NCBI GenBank assembly: GCA_016839555.1 | Contig: JAEOUA010000011.1 | Coordinates: 247,905-311,904, forward strand | DNA from: Promethearchaeota archaeon | GTDB taxonomy: Archaea > Asgardarchaeota > Lokiarchaeia > Sigyniarchaeales > SOKP01 | Length of the DNA: 64,000 bases | Reading direction: 5' to 3' | In this document: positions 22,263 through 32,336 of the stretch, piece after piece | How positions within the stretch are numbered: position 1 is the stretch's first letter | How the letters are laid out: each line of letters begins with the position of its first letter | The notes under the pieces: model-generated | The model's database searches: none | Told to the model about the DNA's origin: nothing | The model's input: only the letters and a program-made list of their open reading frames with translations | Position numbers and translations under genes: made by a program

Positions 22263-23129
22263 TTATAGTTTAGCACCACAATATTGACAAAAATTTTGAT
22301 TTGGATTTTCAATTTTTTTACCACAATTAGGACAATAATTAAGATTATAACCTCTTGAGTGAGTTGTCTCTTCGGGAGTCTCAATAGCATGTGGGATTTC
22401 AATAGGCATTCTGACTCTGAAATCTCTTCGATCATAACTTTTTTGCACTCCTTTTCCATATCCAAAGGACATATTTTTCATTCTTTTTAATATGATAAAA
22501 ATAAGAGCAATAACTATAATAGTTATATAAATAATAAACTTAATATTAAATATAATAAAATCTCTTGTAGATACTCTTATTAATCCTTCTATAATTCTTA
22601 TTAGATCGGCCAACGCAACAATAAAATGCCCAGAAACTTGAATCCAGCCAGCAATAAAAATGTAATAATCCTTATTTTTATATCCATGAAAAATTAAAAA
22701 AAGCATACCAATAATGAATAAAATATCTGGAATGAGATAATAAATAAAAATCCCAAAAATAGAAAAAAATGGCATTATATTATAATAAAAACTTATCCAG
22801 CTTGATACAAGCAATAATATTGAAGTTATTAAAATAAAACTCCCAAAATTATGTCGATTTTGCTTTGAATAATTTAATAGAAGAATAATTCCAATAATTA
22901 TCAAGATATTAATTACCAAATAAGCTAGAAAAGTATAAGTTAGAGATAGAAAAATTAATAACATGATGATTGAGACTAATCCGAATATACCATAAATCAT
23001 TAAATACACTTTATTAGTTATGAGTTCGTCATTTTGTGTTATTGATGAAACAATGATAAAACTATAATATAATAGAGGAATCACGCCATTACTAATATAA
23101 AATAAGATCGAATATGGCATTTTTGTCAA
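22263..23129 (-). CDS. multi-pass membrane protein with C-terminal zinc ribbon
   Basis: About seven TM segments, then CPNCG...FCQYCG. Confidence 0.75.
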   Translation of the reverse strand: MTKMPYSILFYISNGVIPLLYYSFIIVSSITQNDELITNKVYLMIYGIFGLVSIIMLLIFLSLTYTFLAYLVINILIIIGIILLLNYSKQNRHNFGSFILITSILLLVSSWISFYYNIMPFFSIFGIFIYYLIPDILFIIGMLFLIFHGYKNKDYYIFIAGWIQVSGHFIVALADLIRIIEGLIRVSTRDFIIFNIKFIIYITIIVIALIFIILKRMKNMSFGYGKGVQKSYDRRDFRVRMPIEIPHAIETPEETTHSRGYNLNYCPNCGKKIENPNQNFCQYCGAKL

Positions 23130-23358
23130 ATACTCTCTTGCTAAATAGATTTTAATTATAAAATAATGTATATGATTTAAAAATTTTGAAACTAAGAAGA
23201 GAATGAGAATTTTTATTTTGATTGAAAAAATTCATTAATCATACCAATTAAAATAAAATATGAAATAGAATAGATTTAAGATTTAGATAAATAATATATG
23301 CTCTTAAAGGATTTTATTAGAACTAATAAAAAAGACTCGTGGGAGGAAAAAATTGCAA

Positions 23359-23985
23359 TTAATCCTTAGATTTGAGCTTTTCTAATTCTTTTTCTAATTC
23401 GTCGATTTTCTCATCTGAGGCAACACTTGGAAGTGAACTTGATACTTCAGCACCAATCTCGGCATCTATTTCTCCTAAAAGTTCTTTTACATCATCATCA
23501 GATACTGCAGTGTCCATCGTTATGTTATCAGTAGCATCAGCAGTGATTTCTTGGGTCACTTCGAAATCTTGAATATCAAGATCGATGCTTGACATTAACT
23601 CTGTAATTTGCGGGATGGAAAGGTTTGCCTTTAACGCTGAAACTGAATTTGCAATAGTTTGCACGATTTTTGCTACATCATGGACAGCATCTGCCTGCTC
23701 CATTTTAAAAACGAGACCTTCGAGGTTGGTTCGAAAAGTGTCAATTGCACGTGCCTGTTTTTTAGTTTGTAAATAATTTCTGGCGTTAAATTTTGCACCA
23801 TTCATATCCCCTTGTTTTCGAAGGTTTACTGCTTTATCACGTGCTTGCTTGGCGCTCATTTCTAATTTTTTGGATTGTCGCATTAATCTTTTATTAAAAA
23901 CTCGTAATTTGATTGCTGCAGATCGAACAGAATTATCAGTTTTTCCACCTGTGAGCCAATCACTTACTCGTTTTAGAAAACCCAT
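23359..23985 (-). CDS. ESCRT-III subunit, Vps2/24/46 (CHMP1-3) class
   Basis: Snf7-type basic helical hairpin, N-terminal amphipathic helix MGFLKRVSDWL, acidic C-half, MIM1-like DELEKELEKLK; divergent from vps4. Confidence 0.88.
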   Translation of the reverse strand: MGFLKRVSDWLTGGKTDNSVRSAAIKLRVFNKRLMRQSKKLEMSAKQARDKAVNLRKQGDMNGAKFNARNYLQTKKQARAIDTFRTNLEGLVFKMEQADAVHDVAKIVQTIANSVSALKANLSIPQITELMSSIDLDIQDFEVTQEITADATDNITMDTAVSDDDVKELLGEIDAEIGAEVSSSLPSVASDEKIDELEKELEKLKSKD

Positions 23986-24245
23986 CTTCTATTTCTCCAT
24001 TCTCCTTATTATTATTAATATATTTAAGAAAAAAATATCATTCTTCTATATAATAAAAAAAAATTAATTATATAAACTTAATTTAAAGTTAGTGAACTCT
24101 ACTATTTAAAATTATATTATCTTAATTTAAAAAACTACTTTAGTCCATTTTTTTAGTCCAGTATTTTTATATTTAAAATAAATTTAATTAAAATAATTTC
24201 TATTCTAATAGTAATAAAAAGAATAAAACGAATCATTTAGTAATC

Positions 24246-25445
24246 ATGTCCAGTTTTGATTCAAAATTATATCAGTTCGCGGTGAAAGAAGCAAACGAAG
24301 CCGTTGCATATGATGGAAAAGGGCAATATCGGCAAGCCATAAACAAATATCAAAGAGCTGCTGAAAGTTTAATCCAATTTATTAAATATAATAACAATCA
24401 AATTATGATTAAAAAATGTAAAAAACAAATAGAAGAATATCTCGACCGTGCAAAACTTTTAAAATCTCATCTCAATGGGGCAAGATCAATAAAATCAGCT
24501 ACTGATAGAGATATCAAAGAAGCTGGTGGAGAAGGAGAAATATCCGACGAGGAACGAGAAATATTGGATATGATTAGTGGAACTATCATAACAGAATCGC
24601 CCAACGTGAAATGGTCTGATATTGCGGGACTAAAAAGTAGTAAACAAGTTCTAAGGGAAGCCATCGTATTACCCATTATGAAACCCAAATTATTTACAGG
24701 AGCACGAAAGCCTTGGTCGGGAGTTTTATTATTTGGACCACCGGGATGTGGAAAAACATTATTAGCTAAAGCAGCCGCCTCAGAATGTAAGGCGACTTTC
24801 TTTAGTGCATCTTCTGCAGATTTATTAAGTAAATGGCTAGGAGAAAGTGAAAAATTAGTTAGCGCTTTATTTAAAATCGGTCGTTTAAGAGCTCCGAGTT
24901 TAATTTTTATTGATGAAATAGATTCTCTTGCCACAAAAAGAGGAGAAGGCTCGGAAAGTGGAGGTGAACGTAGAGTAAAAACCCAACTTCTTAGTGAAAT
25001 TCAAGGAATGAAAACCACAGAGAATAAACCTATGTTAGTTTTGGGCGCTACAAATCGTCCATGGGACCTTGATAATGCGATGCTCAGCAGATTTCAGAAA
25101 AAAGTATATGTTCCTTTACCGGATCTTGAAGCAAGAGCGGAGATCTTTAAGATTCACACCAAGGGAGTAAACATGGCTTTAGATGATGAAGACTTTATTG
25201 AATTAGGTGTTAGATCAGAGAGATATTCTGGGAGAGATATTTCCAATGTCTGTAGAGAGGTCATAATGATGCCCATTAGAGAATTAGATGCTTCAGGGAT
25301 GTTAGAACATCCTGAGCAAGAGGTTAAGGTTAGAGATATTACACTTGATGATTTTAAAAAAACTCTAAAAAAAGTGAAACCTATGATGGACAACAAAGAT
25401 TTGGCAAGATACGAAGATTGGGCACAAAAATACGGGGAATATTAA
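24246..25445 (+). CDS. vps4: Vps4 AAA+ ATPase
   Basis: N-terminal MIT domain, GPPGCGKT, KWLGESEK pore loop, IFIDEID, ATNRPWDLD, Vps4 C-terminal helix. Confidence 0.95.
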   Translation: MSSFDSKLYQFAVKEANEAVAYDGKGQYRQAINKYQRAAESLIQFIKYNNNQIMIKKCKKQIEEYLDRAKLLKSHLNGARSIKSATDRDIKEAGGEGEISDEEREILDMISGTIITESPNVKWSDIAGLKSSKQVLREAIVLPIMKPKLFTGARKPWSGVLLFGPPGCGKTLLAKAAASECKATFFSASSADLLSKWLGESEKLVSALFKIGRLRAPSLIFIDEIDSLATKRGEGSESGGERRVKTQLLSEIQGMKTTENKPMLVLGATNRPWDLDNAMLSRFQKKVYVPLPDLEARAEIFKIHTKGVNMALDDEDFIELGVRSERYSGRDISNVCREVIMMPIRELDASGMLEHPEQEVKVRDITLDDFKKTLKKVKPMMDNKDLARYEDWAQKYGEY

Positions 25446-25471
25446 TATAAACAAAATGACGAGGATTAAAG

Positions 25472-26392
25472 ATGGAAAAACAAAGAGATGAAGTAAAAGA
25501 AATTTCAAAAGAGCTTAAAGAAAAAGCTGATAAAGAATTAGAAAGACTCAGAAGAGAGTTATATCGTTTAAGAAAACTAAAAGAGCAAAAAGAAAAAGAA
25601 AAAAAAAAAAAGAAAAAGAAAACCGCTACCGAAGAATTAACTAAAGAATCTGCTTCATCTGTTTCCGAAAAACCAAAGAATATTAGCGGAGTAAAAGAAA
25701 TTGAAGAATCATTTGAAGAGATTGATTCTTTATTAAGTCAAGAATTAGAAAAAGAGAATCACAAAACTTATGAAAAAAATGCGAATTATATTGAAACCCA
25801 ATTACAAAAATTAGAACAAGAAATAATTGGAGAAACGGGTCTCATTGAAGAGGAACTTTCGCCTTATGAAAAATTATTAGATGAATATCCTTGGTTGGAA
25901 CAACCTCGATATGAATATATGTTTCATATCCCGAATAAAACAAAAAATCCAAATGATTTCGAATCCTGGGTCAATGAATGGAGTAAAATTTTATTTGATT
26001 ATGCCAAATATGCGATTTTACATATCCTTTATTTGAGGCAGTTATACACAGAAGCCCCATTTTCTAAATTTGAGAATCGAAAGCAAGCAATCAAGGAAAT
26101 TAGTAATTGGTTGGTAAAGCAAGATTTAGCAAGGTGGCTTTCAAAGAAAAAGGAAAAATTAAGGGTGTATTGGAAAACTTTGGATTTAATGGCCGAAGAA
26201 ATTTATGACTGGGCTTATGATAGCGGGAAATTAGAGCCAATACTTATTTATGAAATTAGGGAAGCCAAAAAGGAATTTAATGGTCTTCCAAAAGACGAAT
26301 TTGAAAAAATATTTGAAAAACTTTCAGAACAAAATAGAGCAGAAATAATAAAAATAAAAGATCGGATTGCTTTAAAGATCCTTCTCGAATAA
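25472..26392 (+). CDS. vps25: ESCRT-II Vps25-like protein with N-terminal coiled coil
   Basis: W..EWSKILFDY and VYWKTLD..AEEIYDWA winged-helix motifs; follows vps4. Confidence 0.8.
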   Translation: MEKQRDEVKEISKELKEKADKELERLRRELYRLRKLKEQKEKEKKKKKKKTATEELTKESASSVSEKPKNISGVKEIEESFEEIDSLLSQELEKENHKTYEKNANYIETQLQKLEQEIIGETGLIEEELSPYEKLLDEYPWLEQPRYEYMFHIPNKTKNPNDFESWVNEWSKILFDYAKYAILHILYLRQLYTEAPFSKFENRKQAIKEISNWLVKQDLARWLSKKKEKLRVYWKTLDLMAEEIYDWAYDSGKLEPILIYEIREAKKEFNGLPKDEFEKIFEKLSEQNRAEIIKIKDRIALKILLE

Positions 26393-26713
26393 TGGAAATT
26401 TCTTTTCCATAAACTTAAGAATTTTTTCCCTTTTATAATGATTACAGAATGCTGAATTACAATCAAAGGGGTGATGACATTCGTTAATATGCCCGAATTC
26501 GCAGAACATACACGAAAATATTTCATCGTCAAATAATTCTCTTTCATCTCTGGGACAAAAGGCGTGACCATATTGAAGGGTGATCATCCTTCTGAGATTT
26601 CTGAGTTTTATTTTATCGTAAGCGGATTTCTCTTTCTTCTCTTCTAAGCGTTTGACTGCTTTAATGATGGTTATAATTGCTTCTGCGTGGTGATTGCTTA
26701 TTTTTTGAGCCAT
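26372..26713 (-). CDS. Cys/His-rich small protein overlapping attL
   Basis: CMFCEFGHINECHHPFDCNSAFCNHY; stop codon lies at the edge of the repeat. Confidence 0.75.
   Translation of the reverse strand: MAQKISNHHAEAIITIIKAVKRLEEKKEKSAYDKIKLRNLRRMITLQYGHAFCPRDERELFDDEIFSCMFCEFGHINECHHPFDCNSAFCNHYKREKILKFMEKKFPLFEKDL
26373..26392 (+). repeat. attL-like repeat TAAAGATCCTTCTCGAATAA (end of vps25)
   Basis: 17/20 identical to 39719-39738. Confidence 0.85.
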
Positions 26714-26716
26714 TGT

Positions 26717-26911
26717 TTAGATCAGTCCCCGTTCTTTGAGTGGATTTTTACGGTGGCATTCATAACATTCGTCATAATCGGGTTCAATATCTCCGTAGCC
26801 ACAATAAGGGCAGTGCAACACTCCATCCATTACTGCGGTTTTCAACATATCGAGGAGTCCTTTTTGCGTTATTTCTCTTTTTACAAAATTTTTATTCATT
26901 TTTGGTTTCAT
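26717..26911 (-). CDS. small Zn-finger protein (virus/plasmid-like)
   Basis: DGVLHCPYCG..IEPD...CYEC...NPL...GLI. Confidence 0.7.
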   Translation of the reverse strand: MKPKMNKNFVKREITQKGLLDMLKTAVMDGVLHCPYCGYGDIEPDYDECYECHRKNPLKERGLI

Positions 26912-26963
26912 CTCTTTTTTGATTTTTAAGGTTTTTTATTGGTTTATTTGGTGTTTGAAAAAA

Positions 26964-27245
26964 TTAGAATTTGCCCCATAAATGCCGATATTTATCGTTT
27001 TCGTCTTTACTGCGGGGGGCGTATTTTTCGGCGTGTTTCTGGGCGATGTAAAATATTGAGTTTCTGGTGTGTCGTGCCTTAAAAAAGCATTCTCTATCGC
27101 AAAACGTGAAACCAAAGGGATCGATGAAAAAAGATTTCTCTATCTGGATCTGCTTTGAACAATAACAGCAATAATAAGTTTTTGTTGTGTGTTTGTTTCG
27201 GGGTAAGTAAAATAAGTTAATCTTTTCTAACTTTTCGTCAAACAT
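26964..27245 (-). CDS. TRASH/FCS-like Zn-finger protein
   Basis: CCYCSKQI...FCDRECF. Confidence 0.65.
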   Translation of the reverse strand: MFDEKLEKINLFYLPRNKHTTKTYYCCYCSKQIQIEKSFFIDPFGFTFCDRECFFKARHTRNSIFYIAQKHAEKYAPRSKDENDKYRHLWGKF

Positions 27246-27739
27246 TATTACATAAATGAGGCAATCCTTTTTAAATCATAATAGGGTAATGATTTAGAAT
27301 AATTGAACTTAATCTCATAATCTATGAGCATTTCAAATATTGTTTTATAATAAAATGGAGTTTTCTACTCATAGATTAGAATAAAGAATATTTTGAATAA
27401 AATCTCTCCTGCTATATACAATTTCTTAATCATTCTCATCAATAGAATTGGAGAAGATACAAAATAAATAAAAAACTAGTAGTTCTTTTTCAGGTAAAAG
27501 CTAAAAATTTCAATCTTCATCCGATCCTTACCAAAAAATATATTTAAATTTCTTTACCTGAGCAAAATAAAAATCTCTCGTTAATATCCCAAAAAAGAAT
27601 TTTGGTGTTTTAATTCTGTGTGGTAAAATTCAATAATATCTTAACAATGTTAATATTGATCTTAACTTATAAAAAAAAAGTAAAAATAGGAAAAAACAAA
27701 AAAATGTAAGTATAAATAGGAAATTTTTGGATCTTTAAC

Positions 27740-27964
27740 CTAATTTCCCAAAAAAATACGATTCAATTCCACCTCGAAATTAATACCATTTAATCTCTTA
27801 AGCATTGTTTTAAGTGTTTTAAATTTTTTAATTGCTTCTGCTGTTGTTTTACTGCTTGTGTCACATAAATGAAAAATAGTTTGGTCGTCATCTGGGTGTT
27901 CTATTAAATATTTCGTTAAGGTAAAAATTTTTTCTATTAGCGAATTTATTTGATCTTTATTCAT
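27740..27964 (-). CDS. hypothetical protein
   Basis: 74-aa ORF co-oriented with the small-gene array. Confidence 0.55.
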   Translation of the reverse strand: MNKDQINSLIEKIFTLTKYLIEHPDDDQTIFHLCDTSSKTTAEAIKKFKTLKTMLKRLNGINFEVELNRIFLGN

Positions 27965-28179
27965 TTTATTTGATTAGATTTTTGTTTATTATGTATAAAC
28001 ATACAATATTCATTTAAATAATGAAATAGCGTGGTGGATTATTATAAATATATCCGATCTTTAACTTTATAGATATTTCAAATCGTCTTGTGAGGGGAAT
28101 AGAATCCATTTTTTAATAGTTTAGTAAAATAAAGAAAAAAAAAATAGAAAAAAAAAGAAAATATAAGAGTTTAAAATGG

Positions 28180-28524
28180 TTAGAATTTGCTATATATCAC
28201 CTTTCCCGTTAATCTGTCAAAAATCTTTCTGCATGTTGGACAAATAAGATATTCTCCGTTGTCAAATAACTTATTCTTGCATAAACAATCAAATTTGGTT
28301 TCCTTAAGGTTTGATAAATCCATCTTCATTTTCTTTTCTCCGATTATGGTATTTATAATCTCTTTAAACTTTGGAATCCATTTTAGCAATAAGATATAGA
28401 TGGATTCTTCTAAAGTTTGCTTTTCTAAGGGTTCTAAATTGTAGATAAAGGTATATCTCTCTTCTAAAAATTCTATTATTTCATCTGTCATAATGTCTAA
28501 GGTTTTATTAACCAGTGCGTTCAT
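28180..28524 (-). CDS. hypothetical protein with C-terminal Zn ribbon
   Basis: CLC...CPTC; start overlaps the upstream ORF. Confidence 0.6.
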   Translation of the reverse strand: MNALVNKTLDIMTDEIIEFLEERYTFIYNLEPLEKQTLEESIYILLLKWIPKFKEIINTIIGEKKMKMDLSNLKETKFDCLCKNKLFDNGEYLICPTCRKIFDRLTGKVIYSKF

Positions 28525-28831
28525 CTCCTTTTTGCTGTGAAATTTGGGGTTGATGAGAAAAGATATTCGGTTTATGGTTTTGGGCGATCCATTTTCCGAT
28601 ATCTTTAAAAAAATGGGTAATATCTCCGTTGTGAAAGTCGATTTTGACTAATTGCATTCTAATCTGCTGATGGATGGCGGGATCACAATGTTTAATATAC
28701 TCAATGATGACCCCTAAAGGCATATAATGATATGTGTTATCATCGTCAATAAACTCGAAAGCAGTTGCTTCTGCGTCTATCTCCTTTTCTTCCAATAGTC
28801 GTTCTAACCATTTGTTAAATTGAAGGCTCAT
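28508..28831 (-). CDS. virus/plasmid-type hypothetical protein
   Basis: LEEKEID...MPLGVIIEYIK...LVKIDFHNGDITHFFK resembles, from recall, a small-protein family of mobile elements. Confidence 0.7.
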   Translation of the reverse strand: MSLQFNKWLERLLEEKEIDAEATAFEFIDDDNTYHYMPLGVIIEYIKHCDPAIHQQIRMQLVKIDFHNGDITHFFKDIGKWIAQNHKPNIFSHQPQISQQKGDERTG

Positions 28832-29091
28832 ATAATATAAATAGAGTTCTGGCTTATTAATGTGAATAGACTAATGATTTAGTTATTTTCATCTGGATTT
28901 TTCTATTTTTGGAATAATTCGATTATAAGATATACATTGAAAGAAAAAAAATGAAAAAATTTTGAAATTCAATATTCTGTAATAGAAAATTTCACATTAA
29001 AGGAATTATCTTTATAATAATTGAGGAGAATTGAGAATTTTTATTCTCATTTATTCTCATATTTTCAGCAAAAAGGAAAAAAAAGAGTGAA

Positions 29092-29316
29092 TTAAAATAT
29101 AGGTATTTTAGATTTAGGAAATTTTATAGAAGGGTTATCCATTCTGAAAGTTATATAATCATCTGGGTTACGAGTCAATGCGTTCTCAAAATCATAATTC
29201 TTGATATTCTCGATCAGTTCTTTTGTTAAGAGTTCTTTGAGTTGTTCATTAGAATACTGAGAAGTGTTAATACCTAAATCTTGAGTGCTTAGTTTAACTT
29301 TAAAGATTGCTTCCAT
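29092..29316 (-). CDS. hypothetical protein
   Basis: 74-aa ORF with AAGGAAG upstream. Confidence 0.55.
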   Translation of the reverse strand: MEAIFKVKLSTQDLGINTSQYSNEQLKELLTKELIENIKNYDFENALTRNPDDYITFRMDNPSIKFPKSKIPIF

Positions 29317-29681
29317 TTTGGCTTCCTTTTATTTTTATATGAGGTATTAATAATAGTTTTTATTGAATTTATTTAAACAAAAATCCTTTAAATACTAAAA
29401 TAGAGCATTAGATTATTGTAAAAATTAAAAAAAGAATTAAGTAAAAAAAGAAAAGAAAATTTCTGTTTCTAATATATATTTGGTCTCCCATCTTGCCATA
29501 GTCTTATAGTAAGAATAGGAATGATATATATCTTGTTTCTGGATCTCATAAACAGAATCGCTTAAAATAATTCTTATACCTTTATTCACCATTAAGAATT
29601 GAATTTTTTTTATTCTATTGCTGAGATTTTATATTCCTTATTTTAAAGAAAGTTTCATAAAACAGAGCAAAATCTTTTTTC

Positions 29682-30071
29682 TTATTGACTGATATAGTTT
29701 TGTAGGTTATAACTCTTCATAGCTCTCTTGATAGTTTGTATCAATGATTTGATTGTAAATGGTTTCTCTAAAAAAGAAAAAGCTCCGCAGGCGAAAGCCT
29801 CTCTCTTTATTCTTTTATCTCCTGTAATAAAAATAATTTTTATATTAGGATCTATTTGTAAAATTTCTTTTGAAGCTTCTATGCCGTTCTTTTTCGGTAA
29901 ATGATGATCCATCAAAATCACTTGAGGTTTACTTTTGAATGCCTTAAACATTGAAATTGCTTCTTCTCCATCCTCTGCTATCCTTACTACTTCAAAACCG
30001 TTTAATCTTAAAACTTTTTTATAAAAGGAATTTAAAGATTTGTCATCTTCGACAATAAATATTTTATCCAA
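29682..30071 (-). CDS. single-domain CheY-like response regulator
   Basis: IVEDD, ILMDHHLPKKNG, FITG, LEKPF. Confidence 0.9.
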   Translation of the reverse strand: MDKIFIVEDDKSLNSFYKKVLRLNGFEVVRIAEDGEEAISMFKAFKSKPQVILMDHHLPKKNGIEASKEILQIDPNIKIIFITGDKRIKREAFACGAFSFLEKPFTIKSLIQTIKRAMKSYNLQNYISQ

Positions 30072-30188
30072 TTTAATCCCTTAACCTAATTTTATACCCA
30101 ATAATTGTGTGAATTCTAATCAATCTCATATAAATTACAGATAGTTCGGTATTTAAATATTTCGATCCCATATAGAATGTAGATAAAA

Positions 30189-30401
30189 ATGAATGGGGAG
30201 ATAGTTAAATATAGATTTTATAAGGATACATCACAAAGTCTTATTACAATTCCAAAAGCAATTGCTAGGTCATTAAATTGGAATGATAAAGATGATATTC
30301 ATATGGTTATAACAACTATTGAAAATAAATTGGGTGTGTTTCTATTTAAAGACTCAGAGAAAAAGTCCGAGAAAAAGTACCTAAACCAAAAATTTCTCTA
30401 G
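30189..30401 (+). CDS. AbrB/SpoVT/MazE-like DNA-binding protein
   Basis: SLITIPKAIARSLNWNDKDDI. Confidence 0.7.
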   Translation: MNGEIVKYRFYKDTSQSLITIPKAIARSLNWNDKDDIHMVITTIENKLGVFLFKDSEKKSEKKYLNQKFL

Positions 30402-30799
30402 GAAAAATAAAGATAAAAAGAGAAAAAAAATAGATGTCCTCGCTTAATATCATAACTTATAAGAAAAGGTTAGAATAAGATCTACTCTATAGAGTTCTAT
30501 AAAGTAATTCACTAAAAGACAAAAATCCAGGGATTTAAGCAAGGTTATCTATTTTTTTAACAAGACCTTACTTTTTTACTGATTCGTCGAATAATTATAA
30601 ATATGATTCCTATTTAAATTTAAGTATAAAAAAGCCATATATTCATAAAAATTAAGATTTCCTATAAGATAAATTATTTTAATGTAAATGTTTTCAAGAA
30701 TCTCTGTGGAGTTGAAGCAGGAAAGAGATTGACACCATTATTTTAGATATATGAATCATTATATTAATTTCCATAAAATAGATGGGGTTATATGAATCT

Positions 30800-31066
30800 T
30801 TATACTTTCCTAATGTCCACTTCAATGACATCTCCTGCGTTCAGATCTAATTTTTCAGCAACATAATATCGGATGGATACTCCTTTCGAACTCCCTACCC
30901 AACGTACTTGGCGTGTCATAGTATGCGAGGGCTTATTTTCTACAGCCTTAAAGATTTCTATTTCTACGAGATCGCCGACATCGAGTTCTAATCCGTCAAT
31001 AATATGTGATTGGATGATAAAACCCAATGTTCTGCCACTTTCAATAAGTAATACCGTATCTTTCAT
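30800..31066 (-). CDS. tandem (two-domain) AbrB-like DNA-binding protein
   Basis: Internal duplication GRTLGFII...LELDVGDLVEIEI / GSSKGVSI...LDLNAGDVIEVDI. Confidence 0.75.
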   Translation of the reverse strand: MKDTVLLIESGRTLGFIIQSHIIDGLELDVGDLVEIEIFKAVENKPSHTMTRQVRWVGSSKGVSIRYYVAEKLDLNAGDVIEVDIRKV

Positions 31067-31266
31067 GGGAATCTACATGTAAAAATTATTATTTTTTCAA
31101 AGTTCTACTTGTAATACTACCTAAAATCTCTACTATTATTTAAGATTTCACTTAATCATTTAATATTTTGATTAAATGTATTCAACTCCTTCCTTAGTTT
31201 CACTATAATAATCAGAGCTTTCATTATATCTTATTTATTTATCACAATTAATTCACCATATTAGAT

Positions 31267-31306
31267 TATGATATCATCATAAAGATTTAAATATGATCTT
31301 ATCATA
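31267..31306. promoter_or_regulatory. two TATGAT-N3-ATCATA palindromic operators around a TATA box (TTTAAATA, 31286-31293)
   Basis: Palindromes at 31267-31281 and 31292-31306 in the divergent intergenic region. Confidence 0.6.
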
Positions 31307-31364
31307 ATATTATCTTGTATTATCTCCATAAAATATCAGGTAAATAAAAAATAAAAACATTAGA

Positions 31365-31718
31365 ATGAGTACTTCAGACCATCCATCAAAGCTAACACCT
31401 AAACCTAAGAAAATATCCTTAATTTATTCACAATTTATCGAAATTCTCAGTGAGAGCTTGGAAGATAATTTTGATGTGTGGTTTGTTTGGGTTACTAAAC
31501 TCCTTATACAGCTTTTACACTCAGATACACTAAAAGGGGAGTATCTGACCAACTTTTTACGGATTTTTACTTCCTTAACACATAGGAAAAAATTGATTTC
31601 TCCAATTCCAGAAGGGAAAGACATTCACACATTATCAGCTCAAAAAAAAGCTCACATAAAAGAAATTCTTGAGGATTTAATATTTTTATCTGAATATAAA
31701 GACAAAGAAGAGGTATAA
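31365..31718 (+). CDS. hypothetical helical protein
   Basis: 117-aa ORF, first gene of a + strand operon. Confidence 0.6.
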   Translation: MSTSDHPSKLTPKPKKISLIYSQFIEILSESLEDNFDVWFVWVTKLLIQLLHSDTLKGEYLTNFLRIFTSLTHRKKLISPIPEGKDIHTLSAQKKAHIKEILEDLIFLSEYKDKEEV

Positions 31719-31776
31719 TAATATTCAAGATCCTCACCATAAAGTTAGGCAGGAAATTAATAGGATACGAAAGAGA

Positions 31777-32310
31777 TTGGATTTACCTCTCTCGATTAAC
31801 GAGCAGATCTATATTATATTTCAGGAAATCGAGAAATGTGCTATTCAGACAGATCCTCTGAAACTCATACCGCTCTTATTCCTTCTCTATTTAAACACAA
31901 ATAATTACTTTCTAAGCTTGGATAAAATTGCCAAAATATCCTATATTTCCGTAAATGAGTGCTTATCCTTTACTGAGGATCTCCGAAGGTTTGAATTTGA
32001 CGAAAAACGATGCACGTTTCAAAATATTAAAACATTTAACCTTACGTTTTCGAAATTCCGCAAAAAATATGGAGTTTGTCCCGTATGTAATACTAAATTA
32101 GATGAGGAATATTTGAGGCTCTACTATTTTGATAGATTGTATGACCGTCAGAAACTTAAGGAAAATCTCAACAATAGGTTGAGCCGGGAAAAATCCTTTC
32201 GATATGTATATGAGAGACGGATCACCCTCAAAATTCCCTGTATTATCTGCTTTCTGGAGTTATTACAGCAATTAAATTATAAAAATGTACCCATTGGAGT
32301 AAATCAATAA
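31777..32310 (+). CDS. hypothetical Zn-binding protein
   Basis: CPVC...CIIC. Confidence 0.6.
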   Translation: MDLPLSINEQIYIIFQEIEKCAIQTDPLKLIPLLFLLYLNTNNYFLSLDKIAKISYISVNECLSFTEDLRRFEFDEKRCTFQNIKTFNLTFSKFRKKYGVCPVCNTKLDEEYLRLYYFDRLYDRQKLKENLNNRLSREKSFRYVYERRITLKIPCIICFLELLQQLNYKNVPIGVNQ

Positions 32311-32336
32311 AATAATAAAATAGGAGTGTATATAAT

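Noticed and set aside
29026-29062. Short GAGAAT/ATTCTC direct and inverted repeats
   Set aside because: Too short and AT-rich to be significant without comparison.
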